IMG/VR virus record: IMGVR_UViG_3300020450_000010
Location: 32,001-96,000 of that record
Direction: 5' to 3' (one strand)
Source: a virus
Length of the DNA: 64,000 bases
In this document: positions 18,761 through 30,800 of the stretch, one piece after another
How positions within the stretch are numbered: position 1 is the stretch's first letter
Layout of the letters: each line of letters begins with the position of its first letter
The notes under the pieces: generated by a model
What the model saw: the letters and a program-made list of their open reading frames with translations, nothing else
Databases searched by the model: none
Told to the model about the DNA's origin: nothing
Position numbers and translations under genes: made by a program

Positions 18761-19108
18761 TTACCAGTCCATTAAACTTTTTATGTTTCTAGCTTTTACA
18801 ATTTTATCCATTTGTGTTTTATACTCATTGGTAGATTCAGTATAAGCACTCAAAAGACTTTCTAAAAAATCTGCACAGTCTTCAACATATATGGGCTGTT
18901 CTTTGGAATCTAATATTATTGCATTTTGTTTTCCACTATCTATCAAAGTTTTTATAAAGCTAATTGTTGCAGGATTAGCATTAAATACTCCTCTGTTATA
19001 GTTAACAGTTTGTAACACATGCATACGCTGTCTTATTGTTCTTTTTTGATTACTTAATGTAATCCGATAATTTGCAAATTCTAATGCTTTTTCGAGTCTA
19101 TCATCCAT
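18761..19108 (-). CDS. Hypothetical protein (115 aa), first gene of the enzyme island
   Basis: AGGAG RBS at 19122-19118 and a promoter upstream. Confidence 0.8.
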   Translation of the reverse strand: MDDRLEKALEFANYRITLSNQKRTIRQRMHVLQTVNYNRGVFNANPATISFIKTLIDSGKQNAIILDSKEQPIYVEDCADFLESLLSAYTESTNEYKTQMDKIVKARNIKSLMDW

Positions 19109-19135
19109 GATGAGTTTCTCCTATAATTATATACT

Positions 19136-19165
19136 ACTATAACTTATTTATGTGAGGTTTGTCAA
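19136..19165 (-). promoter_or_regulatory. Sigma70-like promoter (TTGACA-18-TATAGT) with a late-promoter-like CATAAATA inside the spacer
   Basis: Minus strand reads TTGACA aacctca CATAAATA agt TATAGT. Confidence 0.6.
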
Positions 19166-19171
19166 CAGTTT

Positions 19172-20338
19172 TTAGCTATCATCGCCAGTGTTGAAGTTGT
19201 TTGTAATTGCTACTGTTGGAGCAGGCGCTACACTAAATGTTGCTCCACCTTGTGTTATTGCGTCTGGCATTAGATAGCTTAGTGTTGGAGTAAGTGTGCC
19301 GTCAATAATATTATTATGTGCAGTATCATCTAAAACCAATTTTAGATGCACTTCTGCTCCATTTGCCGCATACTTTCCATATAGTTTAAATTTTAATGAT
19401 TGATAGCTACTGTACATACTATAAGCACTAACATAAATTGTATTGCTGTATGAGCCACCTATAATAGCAGGATCAGCCCACTGTGGAAATCCACCAGGAC
19501 CAGTGATGTAACCATAACCATAACCTGATGTACCACTATCACCAACTGTTCTACCAAGTGTTACACCGCTTGATGTAAACAATAGACCTTCATCAGCTGA
19601 ACCAGCATCACTACCATCACCATAATATTGTGTTAGTTGATAAAAACCTTTTCCAGTGCTTGTGCCAGCTGTAGTACTACTACTCTGGGTTACTGTGTCC
19701 CAATCTAAGTTCAGCACACCCATTTCATTTATGACATCGCTCCAGTTGTAATAACCTGCTGTACTACCACCTGTCATTGCTAAATTCACTCTTACTTGTC
19801 CACCACTGTTAAAAAAATATCTTGCTTTATTATAACTCGACCATACCCATTTGTGTTCACCAGCAAGTTTTGTATTCCATTGGGTTGTTCTAGTATAAGG
19901 CCCTCCAGATGTTGGTGTTGCTACTAACGCACTTGCATTTGTAGCATCAACTGTAAGGTGATTGTTTCCGGTTAATATAGAAGTATCAAATTTGTTTTCT
20001 ACAACATTTAAATCTTCTGCTCGTATAGATGTATTAGCTGTTACGTTTACTCTTCCTGTAGGTACAGTAAACACCAAACTGCTATCGGTGACATTTACAT
20101 GGTCAATACTTACATTTGTGCGTTCGACCATAGCTTGTAATCTTGCGGCAGTAATTGTAGTGCCTGTAGCTAGATTGTATGCAATATCAGTTGCACCCCA
20201 ACCAAACTTGTGTGTATCTATTCTATTACTATCTGTGACCGCCGCAGACTGATAATTATCGCCAAAGACTTTGTTTACTTTTGTCGCCACTGTGTTATAG
20301 TGTGTTGCTGTTGCTAACTGTCCCTGGGAGACTGCCAT
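19172..20338 (-). CDS. Putative virion structural protein
   Basis: Thr/Gly/Ser-rich 388-aa protein with 'ARYFFNSGG' motif, in the tail gene block. Confidence 0.65.
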   Translation of the reverse strand: MAVSQGQLATATHYNTVATKVNKVFGDNYQSAAVTDSNRIDTHKFGWGATDIAYNLATGTTITAARLQAMVERTNVSIDHVNVTDSSLVFTVPTGRVNVTANTSIRAEDLNVVENKFDTSILTGNNHLTVDATNASALVATPTSGGPYTRTTQWNTKLAGEHKWVWSSYNKARYFFNSGGQVRVNLAMTGGSTAGYYNWSDVINEMGVLNLDWDTVTQSSSTTAGTSTGKGFYQLTQYYGDGSDAGSADEGLLFTSSGVTLGRTVGDSGTSGYGYGYITGPGGFPQWADPAIIGGSYSNTIYVSAYSMYSSYQSLKFKLYGKYAANGAEVHLKLVLDDTAHNNIIDGTLTPTLSYLMPDAITQGGATFSVAPAPTVAITNNFNTGDDS

Positions 20339-21253
20339 TTACTTTGCTCCTACTACTACTTCTATTGTGCCTGCATCATCAGTATCTTTGGATTCTAATG
20401 CTCTACCAATTATAGGTCTGTAATCTGGAGTATCACCTGTATGTGCTTTTGCAGTGCCTGGTGTGTTACTTGAAACCAGTCTTTCTCCTTTGGCTACTTT
20501 ACCAATAACTTTACATGGAACACGACCTGCTAGTGCTACAAATGGATGTGTAGCATCTGAACCAGCGCCTGCATTCATTTCAAATCCTGGCGAATCACTT
20601 ACTATACCAAACACATCACTGTCGTGTCCTTCCGTTGTCTGTGTAATTTCTTTATCACCGCCTATTTTTACTACTGTACCTGCAGAATATTCTGCATCTG
20701 CTTCATATCTTTCAGCAAGGTCGGCATATTCTGCACTGGTCGCTATACCTCTAAACTTGTAGTTTGCTGTGCTATTCATTTGGATGCCTGCTTGAATAGT
20801 TGCAAACTGTGTAGTTAGAGCAGTTGTACCATCTTCTAAAAATTCTGTTGCATGCGGTGTCCAAACTGTAGTATCATCTGTTGTGATTGAAACAATATTG
20901 TTGTCAACAATTAATTCAATTGTTTTGTGATAAACACCTGCTGTGTCTTGTCTATTCCTGTACTCTATTCTAGTTGTGCCAGCTGGCGAACCTATTGTGA
21001 ACCATTGACCATTATCATAAAGTTTTAAAACACTGTTCGTAGTGTCATACCAAAGTTGACCTTCGGTTGGATTGCTTGGAGCACTTGCGTTAGCAAAATT
21101 TTCCAACAAGTGTAGTAAGTCTTCATTTAACAGTTCACCAAAGTTAGTATAATTTTTCCCAATTAAACTAAGACTTGTAGTTGTATCAACTGTTCCATCA
21201 TTTACTACAATTGCTGTTTTACTACTTGTGCTATAATCTACTGTATATGGCAT
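20339..21253 (-). CDS. Tail fibre/baseplate-associated protein with C-terminal intramolecular-chaperone (peptidase G2-like) domain
   Basis: N-terminal LSLIGKNY..FGE..NE..LHLLENFA...P..GQLWYD; C-terminal YADLAERYEAD...VALAGRVPCKV.G...G.RLV...IIGRAL. Confidence 0.75.
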   Translation of the reverse strand: MPYTVDYSTSSKTAIVVNDGTVDTTTSLSLIGKNYTNFGELLNEDLLHLLENFANASAPSNPTEGQLWYDTTNSVLKLYDNGQWFTIGSPAGTTRIEYRNRQDTAGVYHKTIELIVDNNIVSITTDDTTVWTPHATEFLEDGTTALTTQFATIQAGIQMNSTANYKFRGIATSAEYADLAERYEADAEYSAGTVVKIGGDKEITQTTEGHDSDVFGIVSDSPGFEMNAGAGSDATHPFVALAGRVPCKVIGKVAKGERLVSSNTPGTAKAHTGDTPDYRPIIGRALESKDTDDAGTIEVVVGAK

Positions 21254-21265
21254 CTCTATTTCCTT

Positions 21266-21865
21266 TTATAAGTCCGCAAACGAACTTCTTATCCTTAATG
21301 TATAAACAACTTGTATTTTTCTATTCGCACTTTTTTGTACGGGGTGGAAAATGACATGTGTTAAAAGTGTATCGTTGGCTGTGTATAATGCTAATTCATC
21401 AAACACATATGTACCGTTCATATTAGTTGCTGTATCTGATGCGTCTTGTCCGCTTGGTGTTCCATAGTCTAATGTACATGTTGCGATTACATCACTATGT
21501 GTGTTTGGACTTGTATGACTCATCTCTACACTATTATCAGCACTACCTGATATTGTTTCATCTATTGTGGTGCTGTGTGTTTGATTGTACAATGCACCAC
21601 TTGCACTGTTTGTATTAGTTGCTTTGTAAGTCACTGCACCTAATCCATCTATGCTTGTACCACCATTGCCAAAACGCATTGTCTTAATCTCGTAGGTGCT
21701 TGTAGATCCTGATTCGTTTGCTAATAAACTTGCGAGTGCAATACTCATGTTTTCAAAGTTTACAGCATTACGTCTACGAACCATAACTTCACCTGACTCT
21801 GGATCCCATATTTTAATGTGTCCTTCAATGCCTATCAGTGGTGTTTCAATTTGTTCTAAACTCAT
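21266..21865 (-). CDS. Putative baseplate/virion structural protein
   Basis: GHIKIWD..RNAV.FENMS, FDELAL and LLTHVIFHPVQKSANR motifs; follows the giant wedge gene. Confidence 0.65.
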   Translation of the reverse strand: MSLEQIETPLIGIEGHIKIWDPESGEVMVRRRNAVNFENMSIALASLLANESGSTSTYEIKTMRFGNGGTSIDGLGAVTYKATNTNSASGALYNQTHSTTIDETISGSADNSVEMSHTSPNTHSDVIATCTLDYGTPSGQDASDTATNMNGTYVFDELALYTANDTLLTHVIFHPVQKSANRKIQVVYTLRIRSSFADL

Positions 21866-21888
21866 TTGTCTTTTCCAATTTATAATAT

Positions 21889-24800
21889 TTATATCGATCC
21901 TTGCCCTGCATTTCTAATAAATGCGTGTTCAGGTGAGATTCCTGCGGCACTTAAACTTATTCCACTATCATTGTATGCAAGTCGTAAGTTATCTCCGTAA
22001 TCAGAGAACTTTTCTAGTATAGGTATACGTGTTGTTGCGCCACTGTTAACTACAGTTGCTCCACTATCATGTGCTTTTGCACTAGTTCCTAGTGTGCCTC
22101 TTGTACAGAACAGTAAGTTATTACCACTTATGGCACTGTATTCTATTCTTTCACTTCCTATATACACTACTCCTGGTACTTCACCTGTTCCATAAACTGT
22201 ATCAGGATTATCTAACTTGGTTGCATCTGTTACAGGAATAGTTGTATCTAAGCCAGTCACTGCGGCTGTGGTAGTTGTTTTGTTTGTATCTACAATAACA
22301 TTACTTAGTTGAATATTATTTGGCATATACATACTCATTCTATATGTTCTACTGTCAGATGTCAATTGACTTCCTTCTGTAAATGCATATGGAGAGGACA
22401 GTGCATATGATTTCACTAGATCCGCATTATTACCAGTAATAAACATGTTATGCCCGTCGGGTGAAATATGTATACCTGAAGGATTGCCTCCAATAAAATA
22501 AAATTCTTCATGTGTTGCTGTTGATATATCCCATGGTGTGGTAAGTTTCCATAAATCTACACCATTACCACGTGTGCCTACTACAAACAATCTTTTACCG
22601 TCGGGACTCCATTCTATACCAAATGGTTCTACGTCTATAGCGGTCATAGTCAAATCTTGATTGAATGTTGCTGTTGAAATATCAAATGCACTGCTTAAAT
22701 TGTATTCATATATCTTGTTATTTTGATCACCTGTAATGTACATTTTAGTGCCATCATCTTTAAAGTCAAGTCCAAAGTTATCACTGTCTACAGTTGTAAC
22801 AAGTGTTTGGGTAAAACTTGCAGTTGATACATCAAAGCCAGTTGTTAATGCATACTCGTGAACATTACTATTTCCTGTACCAGTAACAAACATTTTTGTA
22901 CCATCACTATTAAACTTTACTGCGGTTGGATTTGGACATTGTGTAACTGCATAACTGTCTACAAAAGCTACTGTAGAAGTTAAATCAAATCCTGTTGAAA
23001 GAGTATATTCATTTACATCATCTCCAGTTGTACCAATAATAAACATTTTTGTTCCGTCAGTGTTAAATGTTATGCCTCTAGGATTGGTTTCTTGAGCATT
23101 TACACTATAAGTTGCACCTGCTGTGACTGTGCCTGGTAAGTTTGTTTGTACAGCAATTGCAATGTTTTCTGTAAAATCAGTTGGATACAATTCACCATCA
23201 CAGTATTGATATCTTGGATTAGCAAATATATCACCATCTGCGATATTATCATAACTTGAATCAAGTGTAGTAAAACTGCTTTCATCAATATTGGTAGCAG
23301 TAGTTTCCATATCTGTTGTGAACAATCCGCCATCTAATATTTCGTCCCCATTCCACTCACATAAAGTATGGTCATTGTAAATCATAGTAATAGCAGTCTG
23401 TCTAGATACTTCTTCCATTTCTGCCATAGTTGCTTCTATGTGTGTGTTGCTTTCAGTGAGATCTAATAGCTTTGTATGGAATGGTTTAATACTTTCAAAA
23501 TAATCTTCAACTACACTTATCTGATATCTTTGGTATGTCTCTTTGTTTGTTAGTAATGGATGTTTTACTCTTAGTTTTACATAACTGGTTTTAAATGCAA
23601 AATCATCTGTTGTGTTTTGTAAAATTGCACTGTATAATAATTTAAACCACATTCTATTGTACATTACTTTGTGTCTATGCACAAAAATTTCACTTCGTAA
23701 TAGATCCATTAGTTTGCCTATTACGTCATTTGATCCACTATCGTAAGGTAAAACGCCAAATCCACCTGCATCAAAACCATGTCCAAATTTACTTTCTAAC
23801 CAAAGTTCTTCACTTAGATTGACAGTGGCTTTTTCCATGCTTACAAGTTTATCTACACCACCTGTAAACAAAAGCATCCTTTGTCTGTTTATTCCATCAT
23901 TACCTTGATTAGTTTTAATTAAAATATAACTACCATCTGGAATGTTTCCTATAAAATTTAAACGATCAGTATCACTATCAAATGTAAAATCAGCTACAGT
24001 GTTTGGATTAAATTCAAATGTTACGTTACCGTCAGAATCTCTTTCAACAAGATTCCAATCAACTAATGTAACGTAATCTTTAATATTGTAGGTTACATTA
24101 CCTTTTTCAAACGTTGCATGGAAACAGTTTTTCCAATTTACTACTTCGTCAATTAAGTTAACTTCTCCTAGTAGATCATTTACTGTAAAGACAAAATTTT
24201 GTCTTGCTTCTGCAACATCTCTAAACAAACTTTGTCTTGGTCTAATCAAATGACCATATCTATTGTACGGATGTAAATTATAATCAGGTAGGTGTTGTCC
24301 TCTCCATATTTTTATATCATCTATTTGTGTTGTATCATCAAATGTAAAATCATAAATCTGTTGCCAATTTGTCATTGCTGTATCCAATGCTGGATCACTG
24401 CCTTGATTTGATGATTTACGACTGATGTAATATTTTCCGTTTCTTATTACCACTGCATCTACTGAGTAACTTGTACTGTTACTCCAAGTTGAATAAGTTG
24501 TATCAAATGTATGATTATTAAAACCAGCTAGACTGTCACGCATTTTAATGTGCAAATATTCTGGAATATAGCAATTAGGATCACCTTCACCTAGTAAAGT
24601 CCAATCATTTAATGGCATGCTGTTTGTTGCTGTGTAATTTTTAGTTACCTGTACAACTGTGTTTTTCGTTACAAAGTTACTGACATTGTTTAACAACAAT
24701 TGATTAGACAACGAAGGTGCCGCCCATGCTATGTCAAATGCACTAGGATTTTTTAGTATCTGTGATATTTGACTTACATTGTATTGTCTAATACCTGCAT

Positions 24801-27800
24801 AGTTAAGTTTATTCTTTACCCAAAAGTAATATACAACTTCGTCACGTCTTGTTTTTGGATTGTAGTATGTTTGTTGTGTCCAATTGTAAACTTTTTCATT
24901 ATTGACTATTGTAAAGTATGCTTCACCACTGGCTTCTTGCCCATCTATAATAATACCATCTTCTACTGCTTGAGACCAAAATTCAGGAAGCACTGTGGAT
25001 CTTGTCCACTCGTATACATCTATGCTTGCACCAGGAAATAGTCTCCCCCAATTGGTTTGTTGATATTCAATAATACTTTGTTCGTAGTCTAAATATACGG
25101 CAGTGCTTAAATCCCACCAACGTACTCCCACATACTCATCTTTCCAAGCATTTAGATTAGTCATTTCGCCATTTAGTGTATTATAGTTGTAACTACCAAT
25201 ATCATTTATTAGTTTGTAATCTATTTCTTTGTCAATAAATCCAAATATAATACCTTTGGCAGGATCCCATATTTCTAAGTTAGCTATACTGGTCCTGGCT
25301 CTTGCATCATAAAGTTTTACTTGTAAGTTTGTTGTTGGTAATGATTGGGCTTGTCCTGTACGAGTTTGAGTAAAGCTACCATTGTGATGTCCATTTGCAT
25401 CAGTATAGTCACCTGACCAATTATATACTGCACTTTTATCATAACTATCGTCGTCAACAAATATATTAATCTTATTCAAACTGTTATTCTGTCTTACTCC
25501 GTTGAAATTATATTTGTGTACACCATTTACTTTTAAGTTGTATACTGTATCTAATTCTGTCTTACTACTAAATCTTACAGGACGCAACGGGTAAATGTTT
25601 CCAAGTTTACCTTCTGATTCTATATATTCATCAATGAAAAATTTTGCATTGTTTGCACTATCAACAAATGTAACTTTGTGTATTCCGTCTATGCTTGGTG
25701 TAGTTGTACTACCTCTGATTAATACATAATCTCCTGCAACTAAATTGTGTGCTTGTGTAACCGTGCTTGGTGAACGTGCTACTGTAACCTCTGCGTCATC
25801 AGCATTTGTTGGTCCGGCACATGCATTGCTAATATACATTCCGAAATCCATAGTTTGATAAACTTGATATCCCTTATTGAAACTGCCAAACTCACTGTCG
25901 TCTGCAACCCAAATACTAAAAACATTAGGATCATTTGTCATTTCTTTAAACACTTCAACGCCATTTACTATTGCATTGAATACATTACTGACTACACTAG
26001 TTGCCGCTGTATATGTTTGTGCAGTTAAACCTACAGTTGCATTGCTTGTTCCTGCACCAATTACTAGGGTTGAATTATTACTGGTCAACTTTAATCTATT
26101 GTTACTGTTACTAGCTGTAACACCACTGATTGTTGTTGTGTTAATTTTATCAACAATGTCATTGATATCTAGTGCAACATTTATTGTTGTTGATGTAGTA
26201 CCAGCTGGAGTTACACCTGTTGTTAAACCTACAATGCTGTTTGCAGTACCAGTTCCTATAAACAATGAACTTGCACTACAATTAATTTGCAATAAATTAT
26301 TATTTGCACTATTGACAACTGCTGAAATATTTGATATACCAGCATCATTAATTTGTTGCACCACTTGTGCTAAAGTTAAATTAGGATTAGTCACTGTAGT
26401 GCTACTAGTGCTGGTGATTGTTTCTGTCGCACTTTGAAATCCTACATCAGTATTAGCTGTGCCTGCACTAATTACCAATGTAAATTGAACAGCAGGTGTG
26501 CTAGTAGTTTTTACAAGTCTTAAAAAGTTACTGCTATTGCTAGCTGTAAGATTTCCAATACCTGCACTGTTTATCTTTTGCACAATATCTGCTAGTGTGT
26601 ATGTTTTGAATGTAGTACCACTTGTTGTTGTAACCACAGTAGATGTTGCTAATACTACTGTTGGATTTGCTTTAATATATGTTGCAAATGCCGCAATATG
26701 AGTTCCGTTGTCAATTGCGTTTTGTGTTGCTGTAATATCTGAACTTGCTACTACGCTTGTACCAGCCAGCACATCTATCGCAACATAACTTGTGCCTTGA
26801 TTTGCATTTATTATTGCTACATCACTAGTAATTAATGAGCCTAATTGTGTTTTGTATGCTGGGTTTGTATTGTATGCATTTAATAACAGTGTTAAATCAA
26901 TACCTGCATTGCTTGGATTAAAATAATCTGTCATAAATGTTGTCCATGCACTTGCACTGTTAGCACTTACATATCCAAGTCTCAATGACTCTAACGCATT
27001 AATTCTATTGGTTGCTAGTGTTGTTACGTTGCTTAATCCGTTGGCATTGAAAGCATTTTCCAAAGCTGTTTGTGCCGTAATATTGTTTGTTGTGCTTACT
27101 GTATCATCAAAAGTAATTGTATTACCATCAATGATTAATGTTTTAGTAGCACTACCAACAAAACTTGGATTGCTTACTATACCATCTTTGGTGATGTTGT
27201 TGTATGTAACATTGCTTGAACTGTTTTGAAAAGTTATTGTACTGCTTAATGCACTGGTTGCACCTAGTATTAATGTGCTTCCGTGTGTGACTACATTGCT
27301 GGTAGCAATGTCTTGTGTTCCAATTTTATTAATTACATTCAATGTTGTTTGTGTTGTGGACTTTGTTAAACTTATTGTGTTTCCGTCTATTATTAGTGTA
27401 CCACCACTTGCAGGAACTATAGGCAGAGTAATTGTACCTACAACTTCGATTGGTTGACTGCTTGTTGCTAATCCACTGTATCCTTTAGGATCAACCATTT
27501 CCCATGTACTTCCGTTATACATGATTTGATCATTGAACTTGTAACTTACATTTGTTTCCCAAGGTGTAGGTTTTTCCCAATCACCAGTAAAGTCATACTC
27601 ACTGTTTATTGTATTTGGAAAAGCAAGTAAACCTTCTCTGTTTAAAACTTTGAAATCTGCTTCTGTAAGCAATGGTAATCCTGCACTTACAAAATCATTT
27701 GCAAATGCATCTTCTGCTGTAATACCTGTTTCAGTATATGTTTTGACTGCTCTAGTATCAAAATAATCTCCTGGTGTACCTGTTACAAGTAAAGGACTTT

Positions 27801-30800
27801 TAGTATCAATATCAATTGTTGTATCTGTAAGCACATCATATTTTTGTGTGCTAAAAAATCTTACAGGTTGTGGACTTGTGATTAATAAATCAGGAGTTAA
27901 TTCAAACTCTAGTGTTTCTCTGCTACGTGTATCTCCAAAGTCACCCATTCGTACAGCCCATTCTTCATATAGTTCACCTGTACTATCTCCATCAAACAAA
28001 CCTTTGTTTTTTAAAAAAGCGTCCAAAGCATATTTTGTACCTTTATATTTGTAAGTACCTTTTACAAATTCAAATAATGAATCTTCGTCAAGGTCCAAAT
28101 TGTTTGCCCAACTGGGTGGATTATATCCTATATTAAATCTAGCTACATCACTTACTTGACTGTTGCTCAAAGTTTTAGTTCTACCTAAATATTGATCTGT
28201 TTGTTCTGCTAAACTATCAAAGTTAGAAATTATAGTATTGTCAGTAACAATAAATCCAGGACTGTAAAATTTTCCGTTCCAATCTTTTGTTCTACTTCCG
28301 TTCCATTGGATTCTTTTATGTCTTTGACCAATACTTGCATTGTAAATTGTATCATCAAAATTAGTGGTGTTGTCAAAAACTATTAGATGTTCTACACTTG
28401 TTTTATATAATCTTAAACCAAATATCTGTGTAGTAGATTTTTTGACTTTAAAAGTAGTATCACTGCTAGGAATCATTAAATTTCTATCAATTATCAAATC
28501 AGTTGGTTGTATTTTTTGACCTAATTTATTGTTAATGTTGAATATACCATCATACTTTGATTCTAAATTATCAAAGTATCCATCAGCTCCGTCGTTAACA
28601 ATTATCTTGCTGTTATCTGGTATTAGATAAAGTGTATCTGTTGTTGATCCTATTGCATAGTTTATAAAATTACTAGCACTACCTCTCCAATTTTGTGTAA
28701 ATCCTTGTTGTGCTAGACATTCACCATAACCTAAAAGAAAATTATATACGTCTTGCATTGTTGGTAGAATTGTGTTATAATTAAGTATAGTTTTAGTTGT
28801 TGCATATTCGTTGTATCTAAATATATCAACACTGAATGTTTGTTTAATAGGCGCACTAGCTGTATTTGGTTTGAAATATTCAAAAAACATTTTGTCATTA
28901 TCATAACCATTTATTTTGTATCCTGTTGCTACTTTATCTACAATTACGCCACTAATAAAATATTCAGCAGTTGGTTTGCTGTTGAATAAAATTGTAGTAA
29001 AGTTTTCCTCAGGTACAAATACTCTGCCTTTATCTTGGCTACTTTCCAACATGAATTTTTGATTGTTGTTTACAAAACCGCCTGCTTTTACAATAGGATT
29101 AAAATCCATACTGGACATTCTTGTTTGTATTGTAGTGCTACCAACATTTAATGACTTAGCAAATTCAATCACAGCATTTTGTAATCCACCAAAATATCTC
29201 TTAGGTTCTTCTGCAAGCACTGTTTCTAGCACTGCTGATCCACTGCTTAATGTTAGCTTTGGATTGTTGTAATAGTCTTTACCTGCGTTTGTTACACTTA
29301 CACTGACTACACTACCATTCTGCACGAAAGCTGTTAGTGTTGCACCACTACCAAAATTATCATTTATAACAATAGTAGGAGCACTTGTATAGCCTGTGCC
29401 TCCGTTTTTAACAATGACGCTTTCAATTATTTTTCCAGTTTGTAATACTCCGCTTACACCAGTAGCTTTAAAGTTAGAAAGTTTTTTACTGTCTACACTA
29501 TAAATTTGAGGTTTATCATATGATGTCAAATCTTTTGTAGATCTTTCATTAAGTTTAAAATAATTGTTCACAGCAATTAAAGGTCTAGTTTTTGCTAGTG
29601 ATAAAAACTCTGCTATTCTATATTCAGGACTGCGTCTCCATTCTGCTTCTACAGGTCCCCAATCGCCATATACAAAATCTTTTGTTCTGTTTGCTAAAGT
29701 TGGCGTACTCACTACGTTTGCAGTATCAGGATCATTTAATGTAGCTGTGTTTGTTACCAAAGTATTGTTTGCCCAGTCATAGTTGTCATAGCTGTAATTA
29801 ATATCAAAAACATCATTAGTGCTAGGATCATTGACTTTACCATATCTTAATGCAGTAATCAATGCAGAACGTTTTGGTGCATTTGTCCAACTGTAATAGG
29901 TATTCCACCATGTAGGTTTTTTGTTATGACCTAACATTTCCCAAGGATGTGTATGTGGTCTGTCTGTGTTAAAGAAATAATGATATATTCCTCTCCAACC
30001 ACCTATGTTTGGACTTACACTTGAATAGTTCCATGTAAACTTATCAGCACCACTGTAGTATGTTGTGCTTTGTAGGTCTGTGTAACTATTTGCTACTTTC
30101 CATTTATTGAATTCACTTACAATTGAATTCTGTATTTGTGTCCAACTATATCTATTTGCCCTATGTGCATTAGGCATATAATTTTTGATATTGTCAACAT
30201 TATCTAATGTAGAATTCAAGTTGTTGTATATACGACACTCTAAGTCAAAAATTGCGGCATCAACTGGATCATATCCAGCTTTGCTTCTATCATATATTTC
30301 TGTACCTTTACGGATATGTATACTTCCATCGTGTCTGGTTATTACATTTGTTGTGGCTGTGCCATTGCTAGACTCACTATAATCTGATCTTAATTCTGGT
30401 GTGTAAGGTTTGATTAATCCAAGTTTTACCGCACTGTTAGGTACGAAACTTACACTGTCTCTTTTATACCATCTTATGTGTGTTTTTGCTACTCCACTAG
30501 AAGGATATGCTACTGAACCAGTGATAGTAACTTTATTACTGTCTAGTGTATAATCAATATCTTTAATTAGTGATCGCCAGCGTAGGTTGCCTGCACCATC
30601 ATCATCTTGCACCCAAACTTGAACATGATTTTCTGTATCATCATATGTATTAACACTTTGAGGCAAATCAAAAACTTTTGTCATTGTTGTTTGAAAACTG
30701 TAATCTTTGCTTTCATAATCTCTATACAATGCCATATTACTTTGTGCAAATTGCATTTCTTTATTTTTGCCAAGATTCATTTCTTCTAAAATCTTATCAA

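Noticed and set aside
1-19108. Host-derived (bacterial) DNA or a prophage boundary
   Set aside because: Same strand and tight packing as the virion genes, a late-type motif at its head, and no integrase, att-like repeat or housekeeping genes.
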